Assembly: GCA_029933005.1 (NCBI GenBank)
Contig: JAOZOY010000002.1
Location: forward strand, 22,694-86,693
Reading direction: 5' to 3'
Length of the DNA: 64,000 nucleotides
Origin: Deltaproteobacteria bacterium
GTDB lineage: Bacteria > Desulfobacterota > Desulfobulbia > Desulfobulbales > SURF-16
Shown here: positions 10,357-20,379 of the stretch, piece by piece
Layout: each line of letters begins with the position of its first letter
Numbering within the stretch: position 1 is the first letter of the stretch
Program-made: the position numbers and the translations under genes
Notes under the pieces: model-generated
Told to the model about the DNA's origin: nothing
Databases searched by the model: none
The model's input: the letters and a program-made list of their open reading frames with translations, nothing else

Positions 10357-10438
10357 AATAAAAAATGATGGTTCCGCAAAAAATCGTTTGATGTTTTTTG
10401 TGAGCGTCTCTTTTTTGCTCGGATTACAAAATAAAGAT

Positions 10439-10466
10439 TAAATATTTTTTAATTGGCTGCCGATAG
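10439..10466 (+). promoter_or_regulatory. sigma-28-like promoter for fliS-flaG
   Basis: TAAA-N16-GCCGATAG on the plus strand, 56 nt upstream of the fliS ATG. Confidence 0.5.
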
Positions 10467-10521
10467 GAAATATAGTTGTGTGACGTTGATTGAGAAATGA
10501 TAGAAAAAACCGAGGTGATAT

Positions 10522-11016
10522 ATGAATGTAGCCCAGGCAACCAGAGCGTACCGTCAGTCGGAATCTTTTTCAAAAATTCATCCGGTGAAGCTTATTCATC
10601 TTTTATATGAAAGGGTTCTGGTTCATTTGCAGCTGGCAAAAGAGGGAATAGAGGATGGAAGTCCGAAAAAACGGGGGGAAAATCTGGGCAAAGCTATTGC
10701 TATTATCACGGAACTTAATGCTTCTGTGCAGGAAAAAGATAACCCTGATGTGGCGGTATTTTTGCGGGGACTCTATAGCACTGTATTAACGGAACTTGCC
10801 CAGGTGTCCTTATCGAATGATGTACATGTGCTGAGTCGGACAATGATGTATATGAGTCGTTTGAAGGAGGTCTGGGAGCAAACGGCCATGAAAGAGTTTG
10901 ATGAACAGTCTAATCAGGCTCCCGCAGTTGAGTCTCTGGCCCGGATTGACGTGGCGGGACGTGTTAAGCAGCTCGCAGCCGCGCAAAGGCACAGAGTGAA
11001 AAATATTTCAGTTTAA
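10522..11016 (+). CDS. fliS: flagellar export chaperone FliS
   Basis: The pattern PVKLIHLLYERVLVHL...KAIAIITELNASV...LYSTVLTELAQ...LKEVWEQ matches FliS four-helix-bundle conservation. There is an extra C-terminal tail of about 40 aa. Confidence 0.85.
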   Translation: MNVAQATRAYRQSESFSKIHPVKLIHLLYERVLVHLQLAKEGIEDGSPKKRGENLGKAIAIITELNASVQEKDNPDVAVFLRGLYSTVLTELAQVSLSNDVHVLSRTMMYMSRLKEVWEQTAMKEFDEQSNQAPAVESLARIDVAGRVKQLAAAQRHRVKNISV

Positions 11017-11059
11017 AGATCATGCTAAAAAAGAGAATACGTGTGGAAAGGAGGATGTC

Positions 11060-11482
11060 GTGGATGTGAATACTATGAACGCGGATGTGAAGGGATATGG
11101 GGTTCCGGTAACATCCACTGTAGAACTTGAAGATGCGACAAAACCAGCTGTGAAGCCGGTACCGGAGAGTACTGACGGGGTATCCGTCAAGTTGAATGAC
11201 CAGACCCAGACACAGCACCGTGATGCGGCGCAGGAGGAAAAGTCGCTTATGTCTTCTGGTGAAATGGAGGATGCGGCAAAAGATATTCAGCAGCGTTTTG
11301 AGGCTATAGGCAGTTCTTTCAGGTTTGGTCTTTTTATGGATCAAAAGTCAGAAACTATCGTTGGTCAGCTGCGGGATAAAAAAACAGATGAGGTTGTCAA
11401 GCAGTTTCCTCCTGAAGAAGTCATTAAGTTGCGGGTCCAGTTAAAGGATTTGATTGGTTTGATTTTTGACGAAAAAGTTTGA
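11060..11482 (+). CDS. flaG: FlaG family flagellar protein
   Basis: The C-terminal block FRFGLFMDQKSETIVGQLRDKKTDEVVKQFPPEEVIKL matches the FlaG signature (l.F..de..g..vv.v.D..T.evirqiP.Ee). The exact start is uncertain (GTG 11060/11066 or ATG 11075). Confidence 0.7.
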   Translation: MDVNTMNADVKGYGVPVTSTVELEDATKPAVKPVPESTDGVSVKLNDQTQTQHRDAAQEEKSLMSSGEMEDAAKDIQQRFEAIGSSFRFGLFMDQKSETIVGQLRDKKTDEVVKQFPPEEVIKLRVQLKDLIGLIFDEKV

Positions 11483-11604
11483 TTCTTTTTCCTGCATTGT
11501 AAACCTTTTCTGCGGGTAAAGGTGGTATTTAGTTTATCCTGTGGGAGAGATTTGTTTTTTTCTGTCCGGAGATTCGGGTAGTTATTGTATTGTTTTGTTT
11601 TTTT

Positions 11605-11636
11605 AAAAGCCCGTGGAAACGGGCTTTTTTTTTTTT
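11605..11636 (+). terminator. rho-independent terminator after flaG
   Basis: GCCCG-tggaaa-CGGGC stem-loop followed by a T12 run. Confidence 0.75.
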
Positions 11637-11683
11637 GTACAACCCTACCAAAAAAAATTAGAAAAAATACATCCTTTTTTTTC

Positions 11684-11713
11684 TTGACAATACCCCTTCA
11701 CTCACTTTATATA
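11684..11713 (+). promoter_or_regulatory. sigma-70-type promoter for sat
   Basis: TTGACA (11684-11689), a 17-nt spacer, then TTATAT/TATATA. About 90 nt upstream of the sat ATG. Confidence 0.5.
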
Positions 11714-11800
11714 TGCCTGTTTCTTTTTTTATGAATCTGTGTTCATTTTTGTGTCTTAGGTTAACTTATACATTCATTTTTTTTACAAGGAGACAATCAA

Positions 11801-13078
11801 ATGTCGAAATTAGTTGCGCCTCATGGCGGTAAAGGTCTGGTATGTGCTTTGCTTCACGGTAATGATCTGGAAGCGGAGCTGGAGAAGGCCGCCGGGATGA
11901 AAAAAATTCAGGTAAGCGCCCGCGCCAAGGGTGACCTGATTATGATGGGTATCGGTGGTTTCAGTCCCCTCACCGGTTTCATGGGCAAGGATGACTGGAA
12001 AGGCGTCTGCGCCAATTACCAGATGGCGGACGGCACCTTCTGGCCAGTGCCCATCACCCTTGATATTAGCAAGGATGAAGCCAACGATATCAACAAAGGC
12101 GATGAAATTGCCCTTGAGTTTGAGGGTGAGATCATGGCCACCATGCAGGTCAACGAGAAATTCGAGATGACCGAGGCCGACAAAAAATGGGAATGCGAGA
12201 AAGTATTCAAGGGCGAAGGCGAAGAGTCTGCCGATGATGTTTTCTGGAAGATCGCTGAAGAAGATCATCCAGGCGTTATCATGGTTATGAACCAGAAAGA
12301 CGTAAATATTGCCGGTCCTGTTAAAGTTCTTTCCCAGGGCGAGTATCCTGAGGAGTATAAAGGTGTTTACCTGACTCCGGCCGAGACCCGTGCCATGTTT
12401 GAGGAAAGAGGCTGGTCAAAAGTATCCGCCCTGCAGCTGCGTAATCCCATGCATCGCTCCCATGAATTCCTGGCCAAGATTTCCATCGAAGTCTGCGACG
12501 GCTGCCTGATCCATTCCTTGATTGGTAACCTGAAACCGGGTGATATTCCTGCTGATACCCGTGTTAAGGCCATTGAGATTCTGATCGATAACTACTTTGT
12601 AAAAGATAACGTTATTAATGCCGGTTATCCGCTGGATATGCGTTATGCCGGTCCCCGTGAGGGCCTGCTTCACGCTACATTCCGTCAGAATTATGGTGTA
12701 AACAACATGCTGATCGGTCGTGACCACGCCGGTGTTGGTGATTTCTACGGTCTGTTCGAGGCTCAGGATCTGTTTGACAAGATTCCCACCACGGGTGATG
12801 CCGGTAAGGATCTGCAGTGTCAGCCCATGAAGATTGACTGGACCTTCTATTGCCACAAATGTGACGGTATGGCTTCTCTGCGTACCTGTAATCACGGCAA
12901 AGAGGATCGCGTTATCCTCTCCGGTACCAAGCTGCGTAAGGCTCTGTCCGAAGGCGCTGAGATTGTCGATCACTTCGGTCGTGACGAAGTTCTTACTCAT
13001 CTCAAAAAATACTATGCAGGTCTTACCGAGAAGGTTGAGGTTAAAATGCAGGGCGCTGCTTCAGGCGATTCCATGTAG
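11801..13078 (+). CDS. sat: sulfate adenylyltransferase (ATP sulfurylase)
   Basis: Full-length homo-oligomeric ATP sulfurylase pattern: [19 protein letters not shown], and a C-terminal Cys/His cluster (CHKCDG...CNHG). Confidence 0.95.
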   Translation: MSKLVAPHGGKGLVCALLHGNDLEAELEKAAGMKKIQVSARAKGDLIMMGIGGFSPLTGFMGKDDWKGVCANYQMADGTFWPVPITLDISKDEANDINKGDEIALEFEGEIMATMQVNEKFEMTEADKKWECEKVFKGEGEESADDVFWKIAEEDHPGVIMVMNQKDVNIAGPVKVLSQGEYPEEYKGVYLTPAETRAMFEERGWSKVSALQLRNPMHRSHEFLAKISIEVCDGCLIHSLIGNLKPGDIPADTRVKAIEILIDNYFVKDNVINAGYPLDMRYAGPREGLLHATFRQNYGVNNMLIGRDHAGVGDFYGLFEAQDLFDKIPTTGDAGKDLQCQPMKIDWTFYCHKCDGMASLRTCNHGKEDRVILSGTKLRKALSEGAEIVDHFGRDEVLTHLKKYYAGLTEKVEVKMQGAASGDSM

Positions 13079-13107
13079 GTTGTATATTTTTTAGATTGAC
13101 TATAAAA

Positions 13108-13137
13108 AGGAGGAGTCGAAAGACTCCTCCTTTTTTT
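13108..13137 (+). terminator. rho-independent terminator after sat
   Basis: GGAGGAGTC-gaaa-GACTCCTCC followed by T7. Confidence 0.85.
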
Positions 13138-13154
13138 GTTTTTTTCACGAGCTA

Positions 13155-13297
13155 GTGTCTGTCCAGAAATAGGTCATTTTGTTCGAGATCAAGGAACAGT
13201 GAAAATTAAAAAGCGCAGCATATTAGTGATATGTGAGCATTTTTCATTTTTGCTGTGACGCAGAGATCGGGCAAAAGGGCCATTTATGGACAGACAC
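13155..13297. mobile_element. hairpin MITE-like element B1 (diverged termini)
   Basis: Termini are GTGTCTGTCCAG and ATGGACAGACAC. Flanks are ACGAGCTA and ACGAGTTA (7/8, boundary ambiguous). Long imperfect palindrome with apex CATATTAGTGATATGTGAGC, related to the B2/B3 copies. Confidence 0.5.
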
Positions 13298-13335
13298 GAG
13301 TTAACAGAAGTCACTCAGGGTAGTTGGGTATTGTC

Positions 13336-14415
13336 ATGAAAGAGATTCAGGTTGGCCTGGATGAACGTTCATATCCAATTATGATTCAGGCCGGGTTGCT
13401 GGCCGGGATTGGTAACGATCTGCGCCAACGTTCGCTGGCGGACCGTTATGTGGTGATCGCGGACCAGCATGTCGCTGATCTTTACGGCGAGGCATTGCTG
13501 GCATCATTGGCAGGGGCTGGGCTGGCTGCTGAACTGCTGACCTTTCCCCGTGGAGAGGCCAGTAAGAATCTGGCGACTATTACTGATCTGGTCCGGAGGC
13601 TGGCCCGTCTCGGCCTGGATCGCAAAGCTTGTCTGATCGGCCTTGGCGGCGGTGTGACCGGTGATATTACCGGTTTTCTGGCTGCCGTTTACATGCGGGG
13701 CATTTCCTTTGTTCAGGTTCCCACAACACTTTTAGCCCAGGTTGACAGTTCCGTGGGCGGCAAGACCGGGGTGGATATCCCGGAGGGAAAAAATCTGGTC
13801 GGTTGCTTTTATCAGCCCCGCTGTGTCTATATTGACAGTGAGTTACTCACCTCTCTGCCGGTTGAGGAGCTTTTAAACGGACTGGCGGAAGTGATTAAAT
13901 ACGGTGTCATTTATGATGCCGATTTTTTTAATTTTCTGGGCCGGAAACGGCAGGCTGTTCTTGCTCTTGATCTTCCTGTTATTGAAGAGGTGATTGACAA
14001 GTGCTGCCGCATTAAGGCCGATGTTGTTTCCCGGGATGAAAAGGAGTCGGATCTTCGGCGTATCCTGAATTTTGGTCACACAATCGGCCATGCCGTGGAA
14101 GCCGCTTCCGACTATCAACTGGCCCATGGAATGGCAGTTGCCATTGGTATGGTTGCCGCCTCCAGTTTGGCTTTCCGAAAGAAGATTTTTGCGGCTAATG
14201 AAGACAAAATGGTTCTTGAGCTGATCAAAAGCTATGGCCTGCCAGTCACTGTTCCGGCGGAGCTTGATCGGAACCGTATCAAGGAATATCTGAAAACCGA
14301 TAAAAAAGCGGTTGCCGGCAAACCTTTTTTTGTTCTGCCGAAAATGATCGGTTCGGTTGTGATTACCGATGATGTTCCTGAAGAGTTCATTGATGAGGTT
14401 CTGGAGGTCGGCTGA
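13336..14415 (+). CDS. aroB: 3-dehydroquinate synthase
   Basis: GGGVTGDITGF nucleotide-binding motif, VPTTLLAQVDSSVGGKTG, and a metal-binding HTIGHAVE. Confidence 0.9.
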   Translation: MKEIQVGLDERSYPIMIQAGLLAGIGNDLRQRSLADRYVVIADQHVADLYGEALLASLAGAGLAAELLTFPRGEASKNLATITDLVRRLARLGLDRKACLIGLGGGVTGDITGFLAAVYMRGISFVQVPTTLLAQVDSSVGGKTGVDIPEGKNLVGCFYQPRCVYIDSELLTSLPVEELLNGLAEVIKYGVIYDADFFNFLGRKRQAVLALDLPVIEEVIDKCCRIKADVVSRDEKESDLRRILNFGHTIGHAVEAASDYQLAHGMAVAIGMVAASSLAFRKKIFAANEDKMVLELIKSYGLPVTVPAELDRNRIKEYLKTDKKAVAGKPFFVLPKMIGSVVITDDVPEEFIDEVLEVG

Positions 14416-14614
14416 CAGATATAATCTGTTTTCTTCAACCTGGATTTTTAGCTGAACCTGTTTACGCATTGGATATATCAGTTTCCTCCCTCCCCCCCCT
14501 TTTTTTTGTGCGGTATGTATAAAATATGAATCCTTTACGAACTTATGAATGACAGGTATAATTTTTTTCTGAGTTATTAAGAAGGGGCAGAGGGGAAAGG
14601 GATAGAGAGAAAAA

Positions 14615-15658
14615 ATGTCAGAATACGAATTAACCTGGATTACCGATAGTCTTGCCGTGGGCTACGCTCCCATGTCATACGCCGAACTTGATTCCATCAG
14701 GGATCAGGGAATTGATGGTATTGTCAACCTCTGTGGAGAGTTCTGCGACCTGCACGAGATTGAGGAAGGCAGTGGCTTTGAGGTTTATTATCTGCCCATT
14801 CCCGATGAGAATGCGCCGGACATGGGGGAGATGGAGAAGGGGCTGCAGTGGCTGGATGAGGCCTTTTATCTCGGCAAAAAGGTATTAGTACACTGCCGGC
14901 ATGGTATTGGGCGTACCGGCACTTTTGTGACGGCCTATCTTCTCCGCCGGGGATTGGGTATGAAGGTTGCGGAAAAAAAATTAAAGCATACCAAAGCATC
15001 TCCGTCAAATTACACCCAGTGGAAATTATTAAAAAAATATGGCAAAAAAGAAGGTGTTCTTAAAATTCGCGAACCGTCTCTTGAAAACCGTCGCGTTGTC
15101 GATCTTTCCGAGTTTTTCAATGAATACGAGGCACTGTTGCTTGATGTGGATGAGCAGATTGAGGCGCTGCACCGGCAGAAGGCATTTCCTCGTTGCGGTG
15201 TAGACAGTTCAGTCGGCTGTTACCGCTATTTCAGGTTGCAGCTTATAGAGACGATTTATCTCAGTAATAAGATGAATAAAAAATTGACCAGCCAGATGCG
15301 CCAGGAAGCGATCGGCCGGGCTGTTGCTGTTGCCGGTCAGATTCGGAAGATTGCCCGGCTCAAGAGTGGACCTGAGTTGGAATCGACCTATGAACAGGCT
15401 CGTCTTCTCTGTCCTTTAAATGTTGATGACAAATGTATTCTGGCTGAGTTTCGACCGGTTAGCTGCCGGCTTTACGGAATTGGTCCGGATGGCCCGGATG
15501 TGGATTTGATTCGGGATGTTGTCATCAGTGTTTCCCGGAATGTTTTTGTCGCATTGTCAGGTTCTCTGCCGAATGGGCCGATGTTTACCACCACCTGTGG
15601 TGATGCTGTTTCCGGTAAATTTGCCCAGGACTATTTTCACTTTATGGCTTCATTGTAA
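14615..15658 (+). CDS. dual-specificity (Cys-based) protein phosphatase fused to a YkgJ-like cysteine-cluster domain
   Basis: HCxxGxxR(T) P-loop (VHCRHGIGRTGT) in the N-terminal 150 aa. The C-terminal half has spaced Cys and CILAEFRPVSCRLYG, resembling the UPF0153 C-terminal motif. Confidence 0.7.
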   Translation: MSEYELTWITDSLAVGYAPMSYAELDSIRDQGIDGIVNLCGEFCDLHEIEEGSGFEVYYLPIPDENAPDMGEMEKGLQWLDEAFYLGKKVLVHCRHGIGRTGTFVTAYLLRRGLGMKVAEKKLKHTKASPSNYTQWKLLKKYGKKEGVLKIREPSLENRRVVDLSEFFNEYEALLLDVDEQIEALHRQKAFPRCGVDSSVGCYRYFRLQLIETIYLSNKMNKKLTSQMRQEAIGRAVAVAGQIRKIARLKSGPELESTYEQARLLCPLNVDDKCILAEFRPVSCRLYGIGPDGPDVDLIRDVVISVSRNVFVALSGSLPNGPMFTTTCGDAVSGKFAQDYFHFMASL

Positions 15659-15703
15659 ATATGGACTATGTGATAAAGGCCCTGCTCTGACCCTTTCAAA
15701 AAA

Positions 15704-17122
15704 ATGGATGCTCTCAAAAAGACGCAACGAGTCATGATTGTCGATGATGAGCCGGATATGCTCAATATGATCCAGCTTATTCTCAAACGTAAATTTGATT
15801 GCGAAATTGTGCTGGCCGGTTCCGGTGAGGAAGGCCTGCGACAGCTTGAAAAATATCAGCCAGATGTCATTGTCAGTGACATCAAGATGGCGGATCTTGA
15901 CGGTCTTACTCTTCTTAAATTGGTCAGGGAGTTTGATGAAACCATTTCCGTTGTGCTCATGACAGGATACGGAACCATTGAAATGGCGGTTCAGGCTCTG
16001 AGGGACGGTGCCTATGATTTTCTGGAAAAACCGTTTGATAAAGACTATCTGATTCGGATTATCTCTCATTGTCTGGAGCGAACCCGGCTTCTACGCGACA
16101 ATCAAAATCTTCAGGATAAGCTGAGTGATTGCGCATTGCCCCATGGTTTCATCGGTCAGTCACCCCGTTTACGCGCAACCCTTGATCTGATTTCCAGAGT
16201 GGCGAATACCGATGTCACGGTTTTGATTCGCGGTGAGTCCGGCACCGGAAAGGAGGGCGCGGCCAGGGCTCTGCACGAAATGAGTGACCGGCGGGACCGG
16301 AAGATGGTGACCGTCAACTGTCCCGCTCTTCCCGAGCATATTTTGGAAAGTGAACTTTTCGGCTATGTCAAAGGCGCTTTTACCGGGGCCGTAAAAGACA
16401 AAAAAGGTCTATTTTTGGAGGCCCACGGGTCAACGATTTTACTTGATGAGGTCGCTGATATTCCACTTTCAATTCAAACCAAGTTATTGCGGGTTCTCCA
16501 GGAAAAGGAAATTCAACCCCTGGGACAGAATGATTGCCTGAAGGTCGATGTCAGGGTGGTCGCTCTGACGAATCAGGATATTGAAGCAATGATTGCGGCT
16601 GGACAGTTCCGGGAAGACCTTTTTTATCGCCTTAATGTGGTGACTGTAACCATGCCCTCACTTGAGGCAATGCAGGAGGATATCCCGCTTTTGGCCCATC
16701 ATTTCCTGGAACGCTATAGAAAAAAATATAAGCGCCTGGATTTGGAGTTAACGGATGATGCCATGGGATATCTTGTGAAAAGAAAGTGGCCGGGCAATGT
16801 CAGGGAGTTACAGAATATTTTGAAAAGGGGGGTTCTTCTCTGTTCTTCAAATAAAATTGCAGCAGTTGATCTTGGCGCTAATGGCAATGATGTAGAGGAA
16901 AAAAAGCCCTGTCTTGATCAGTCCCGTTTGCTTGATATGTCATACAGTGGCGCTAAAAATGAAGTTCTCAAACTGTTTACCACCAAGTATTTAAGTGAAA
17001 TTTTAACAAAAAATAAAGGGAATGTCACGGCCTCGGCTAAACAAAGCGGTCTTGAAAGACAATCTTTTCAGCGGATTATGCGTCGTTATAATATTCTTTC
17101 AGCAGATTTTAAAAAAACGTAA
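15704..17122 (+). CDS. sigma-54-dependent response regulator (NtrC/Fis family enhancer-binding protein)
   Basis: REC domain (VMIVDDE...SDIKMADLDG), then AAA+ domain with GESGTGKE and the GAFTGA loop, then a C-terminal Fis-type HTH. Confidence 0.9.
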   Translation: MDALKKTQRVMIVDDEPDMLNMIQLILKRKFDCEIVLAGSGEEGLRQLEKYQPDVIVSDIKMADLDGLTLLKLVREFDETISVVLMTGYGTIEMAVQALRDGAYDFLEKPFDKDYLIRIISHCLERTRLLRDNQNLQDKLSDCALPHGFIGQSPRLRATLDLISRVANTDVTVLIRGESGTGKEGAARALHEMSDRRDRKMVTVNCPALPEHILESELFGYVKGAFTGAVKDKKGLFLEAHGSTILLDEVADIPLSIQTKLLRVLQEKEIQPLGQNDCLKVDVRVVALTNQDIEAMIAAGQFREDLFYRLNVVTVTMPSLEAMQEDIPLLAHHFLERYRKKYKRLDLELTDDAMGYLVKRKWPGNVRELQNILKRGVLLCSSNKIAAVDLGANGNDVEEKKPCLDQSRLLDMSYSGAKNEVLKLFTTKYLSEILTKNKGNVTASAKQSGLERQSFQRIMRRYNILSADFKKT

Positions 17123-17194
17123 CTATTCTGCAAGACAACCAGGCCTGGAAGATCCAGGCATTTATATGAAAGTCTTTCGCGGAGGCATTGAGTT

Positions 17195-17237
17195 TACAGA
17201 GTTTTTCTTTCTTCGTCTCTGCGCCTTGTGAGAGATT
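17195..17237. repeat. short hairpin repeat, family D copy 1
   Basis: ACAGAG-ttttt..-CGTCTCTGCGCCTTGTGAGAGATT. Related to 43005-43043 and 59535-59594. Confidence 0.4.
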
Positions 17238-18279
17238 ATTTTTCGTTTTTTATTGTGCCGTTTCGCTGTCAAAAGTTTTCAATCCAGAACTCTGTTTTTT
17301 GTTATAAAGAGGATATGGTGCATCTTTTATGTTGCTGTTTGTCTGCAAATAAGGACTTTATATTGTCAGCTTGAAAGAAACTTGTTTCTTTTTTTTTAAA
17401 TTTTATTGTCAGTTTGTATTATTAATTTTCTCAAAAAACATCGATTGAAGGATGATGGCTTGATGCGATTTTTCCTTCAGTCATGAGCCTTCAGTCTTGA
17501 TGATGTCACTTTGCCCTTAACAGTTTTTCACTGCGTCCGGCTTTTTTTCAGGAAATAAAAATAGAGAATGCGTTTCAATCAACATTTCAATTAATGATTT
17601 ATCTGTCCCAGTTGCTGTTTTTTGATTGTGTTCTGCAGCAGATTTGTTGCACTTGTTGGACTTCATCTCTGTCTGTGGGTTGAAGAGTTGCACGGTTTTT
17701 TAAATATGCCGGCAGTTTTGCGTTCGCGAATCTCGGGGTGACATCAATTATTAATGTTTTGAATTAGTCATTTTACCCTATCACCTCAATTAGTTAAAGG
17801 CTATTAGCAGACAAAGCGAATTTCTTAGATTGACAGCTATAGTTTTGCCCCCGAAGGATCTCTTGTTCCTGGCATAGTCCTGCAAATTGCAGGTTTTTCA
17901 TTTTGAGTCAGTCATAAGGCATGATCCATAAGCCGTCAGAACAGTTGCGTAACCGATCACGGCTAAAAACTCCAAATATCATGTTGCCCCCTATAGTGAT
18001 CTATTACCAGCGGCCTTGGTTTTAAAGTATTTGTCCCATTTCTGAACAGCTGGAATTTTGCACAAAATATCAAATAATTTAATCGGCTAAAAAAGACAGG
18101 AGTTATTTGACAGGCAGTGAAAGGGTGAAACATTTCAGTTGCAGTTTGGGTCAAAAAACAAGCAAAAAGGGTGATTGAAACATTTAAAGGAGAATTTTAA
18201 ACTGCACAATGATTGGTTAACAAGTTTAACTTATTGAATTAATGACATTTTTTTGGTAATTAGAATTGTTGTCGTTATG

Positions 18280-18296
18280 CTGGTATGAGTTTTGCT
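18280..18296 (+). promoter_or_regulatory. sigma-54 (-24/-12) promoter upstream of the 18326 sensor operon
   Basis: CTGGTATGAGTTTTGCT, with GG at 18282-83 and GC at 18294-95 separated by exactly 10 nt, and the TTGC -12 element intact. It lies 30 nt upstream of ATG 18326. Confidence 0.5.
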
Positions 18297-18325
18297 GATT
18301 CTCTGTAATGGAGCTATAGAAGACA

Positions 18326-18796
18326 ATGAAAATTATCCGACATCATTTATTTAAAATAATACCATTTACAGTTACTTTCCTGTTGCTTGGTTTATCCGGC
18401 GTCGCCCAGGCATTTCAGGCCCACGGTGCCCCTGAAGGATTGTATGTCCACCAGATGTCCCATGTCCTCTTTATGTGCGGCCTGGCGTATCTGTACTGGC
18501 ATACACGTCGTACCGCCGCTCTGGTCAGCAAGGGCTGGCGGTATCTGCGTAGTTATTGTGTTCTGCTGATTCTCTGGAATATTCTCGCCTTTACCGGTCA
18601 TGCCATCGAAACGATTCTTGTCCCCGATGATTTTTTAAATAGCGGTTCCTGGGGATCTGTCATGCTTGAGCCTTTGACCTTGCCGAAGATTGTTTTTTAT
18701 ATTGTTAAGATGGACCATCTGCTCTGTGTGCCGGCTGCCTTTTTTCTGTTGTTCAGTCTCAGGACGTTTTATCTTGAACATAAGGGGGAAGAATAA
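18326..18796 (+). CDS. small integral membrane protein (4 predicted TM helices, conserved His)
   Basis: Signal/anchor plus hydrophobic helices. Its stop overlaps the start of the downstream kinase gene (TAATG). Confidence 0.6.
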   Translation: MKIIRHHLFKIIPFTVTFLLLGLSGVAQAFQAHGAPEGLYVHQMSHVLFMCGLAYLYWHTRRTAALVSKGWRYLRSYCVLLILWNILAFTGHAIETILVPDDFLNSGSWGSVMLEPLTLPKIVFYIVKMDHLLCVPAAFFLLFSLRTFYLEHKGEE

Positions 18797-20364
18797 TGCA
18801 TACTCTCCCCATGTATCCCACAATCCTGATAGATCTCGTCGGCTCAGGCTTGATGATTCTGATTACTTTCCTGGCCCTGCGCTATGCCTATTTTTTAAGT
18901 ACCCTGGATTCGAAGAATTTTATCTGGGGTTTTCTTTTTTATTTTTGTATGGCCATGGCCGCCTTTTCAATTTCCCGTGGGGTCGGCCATATCCTGAAGC
19001 AGATTCTTGTCTTGTCCGGGCATAAGGAGACATGGAAAGTTTTTTCCCCTTATTCCGGTGGATTTAATACCACCCTGATGATTTACCTTTACGCCGTCAT
19101 CATCTATTACCACAAGGGCTTGGCCGCTTATGAGGCGATCCAGGAAGAGGCCTCGAAACTGTTCACGGCCAATAAAAAACTTGAAGATGCCACCGGTGAA
19201 TTGCAGAAAATGAATGTCCAGCTTGAGGATATGGTGGAAGAACGGACACGGGAACTTTCTGAGTCAGAGAAGAAATTTCGCCATTTTTTCGAAAATTCCC
19301 AGGACATGGTTTATTTCTGTAATTCTGAAGGCAGTATTTCCGATATTAATCAAAGTGGATTGGAAATGCTGGGCTATAAAGAGTGGCCCAAAGATCTCAA
19401 TATTCTGGATATTTTTAACAAGGAGTCGGAACTGGAAACCTATGTTAAGGCCTTGCATGAAAAAGGTTTTGTCCGTGATTTTGAGATTGAAATTCACAAT
19501 GCCGATGGAGATCCTCTCCAAGTTGTTATCACGGCTAACGCGGTTCGGGATGATAACGGCAAGATGATCGGCTGTGAAGGGATTGCCAAGGATTTGACCA
19601 GGTTGAAAAATGTGATGGCGCAGCTGGCGGATAAACAGAAGTTGGCTTCGGTGGGCCAGCTTGCCGCAGGCGTTGCCCATGAAATTAACACTCCCCTTGG
19701 CGTCATCCTAGGCTATTCCCAGTTGATGAAAGAAGATTTTCCTGAAGATGATGATAATTACGAATCGATGGTTGTTATTGAACGGCAGGCCAAAGCCTGC
19801 CGGAAAATTGTTGCCGATCTGCTTAAATTTTCCCGCCAGGGTCTCAGTGAAAAGACCTATATGCAGCTCAATGAAATTATCCAGGATGTGGTGGCTGTCA
19901 CTGAACATGGCCTCAATATTGATCATATCATGGTTACGAGAAAATACAGTGAGGGAATGCCCTTTATCTTCTGCGATGTAGAAAAGTTGCGTCAGGTATT
20001 TATTAATTTGATCAATAACGCCCATCATGCCATGGAAGAAGGTGGGGAAATTATTATTTCCACTCGTACCTGCGCCGATGGACAGGAGGTTGAGGTTGTT
20101 GTCGAAGATACCGGCAAGGGAATCCCGGATGATGTAAGAAGCAAGATTTTTGAGCCATTTTTCACCACGAAGGCAGTGGGCAAGGGTACCGGGCTGGGCT
20201 TATCCGTATCTTATGGGATTATTCAGGATCATGGAGGGACAATCACTGTTGAGAGTCCCGTGGCCGGGAAGGATCATCCCGGTACGGCATTTACCATTCA
20301 TTTGCCTGTGGCAAGCGAACAGCCGTCCGCCGAATCTTTTGAAAGCGTGTTGAAGTTGCATTAA
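18796..20364 (+). CDS. membrane PAS sensor histidine kinase
   Basis: N-terminal TM helices, a PAS domain, H-box [10 protein letters not shown], and N/G1/G2 boxes ([25 protein letters not shown]). Confidence 0.85.
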   Translation: MHTLPMYPTILIDLVGSGLMILITFLALRYAYFLSTLDSKNFIWGFLFYFCMAMAAFSISRGVGHILKQILVLSGHKETWKVFSPYSGGFNTTLMIYLYAVIIYYHKGLAAYEAIQEEASKLFTANKKLEDATGELQKMNVQLEDMVEERTRELSESEKKFRHFFENSQDMVYFCNSEGSISDINQSGLEMLGYKEWPKDLNILDIFNKESELETYVKALHEKGFVRDFEIEIHNADGDPLQVVITANAVRDDNGKMIGCEGIAKDLTRLKNVMAQLADKQKLASVGQLAAGVAHEINTPLGVILGYSQLMKEDFPEDDDNYESMVVIERQAKACRKIVADLLKFSRQGLSEKTYMQLNEIIQDVVAVTEHGLNIDHIMVTRKYSEGMPFIFCDVEKLRQVFINLINNAHHAMEEGGEIIISTRTCADGQEVEVVVEDTGKGIPDDVRSKIFEPFFTTKAVGKGTGLGLSVSYGIIQDHGGTITVESPVAGKDHPGTAFTIHLPVASEQPSAESFESVLKLH

Positions 20365-20379
20365 AACAGGATCTTTGTG

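Noticed and set aside
12416-13000. 194-aa minus-strand ORF. Similar long antisense ORFs occur at 13873..14469, 23486..24223, 25438..26268, 39462..40043, 43559..44353, 46899..47513, 47603..48274 and 4478..5014.
   Set aside because: Each is embedded antisense in a gene with clear family motifs (sat, aroB, the Mo-enzyme, TauE, kamA, sdhA, malic enzyme, the kinase, the YkgJ-like gene). They are treated as shadow ORFs.
14492-14507. C8T8 homopolymer pair upstream of the phosphatase gene
   Set aside because: It may be a slippage-prone tract, but there is no frame or promoter element whose function visibly depends on it.
17870-17884. Sigma-54-like motif TGGCATAGTCCTGCA
   Set aside because: The GG and GC elements are separated by 9 nt, not 10. 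It lies 440 nt from the next gene, and a correctly spaced site exists at 18280-18296.
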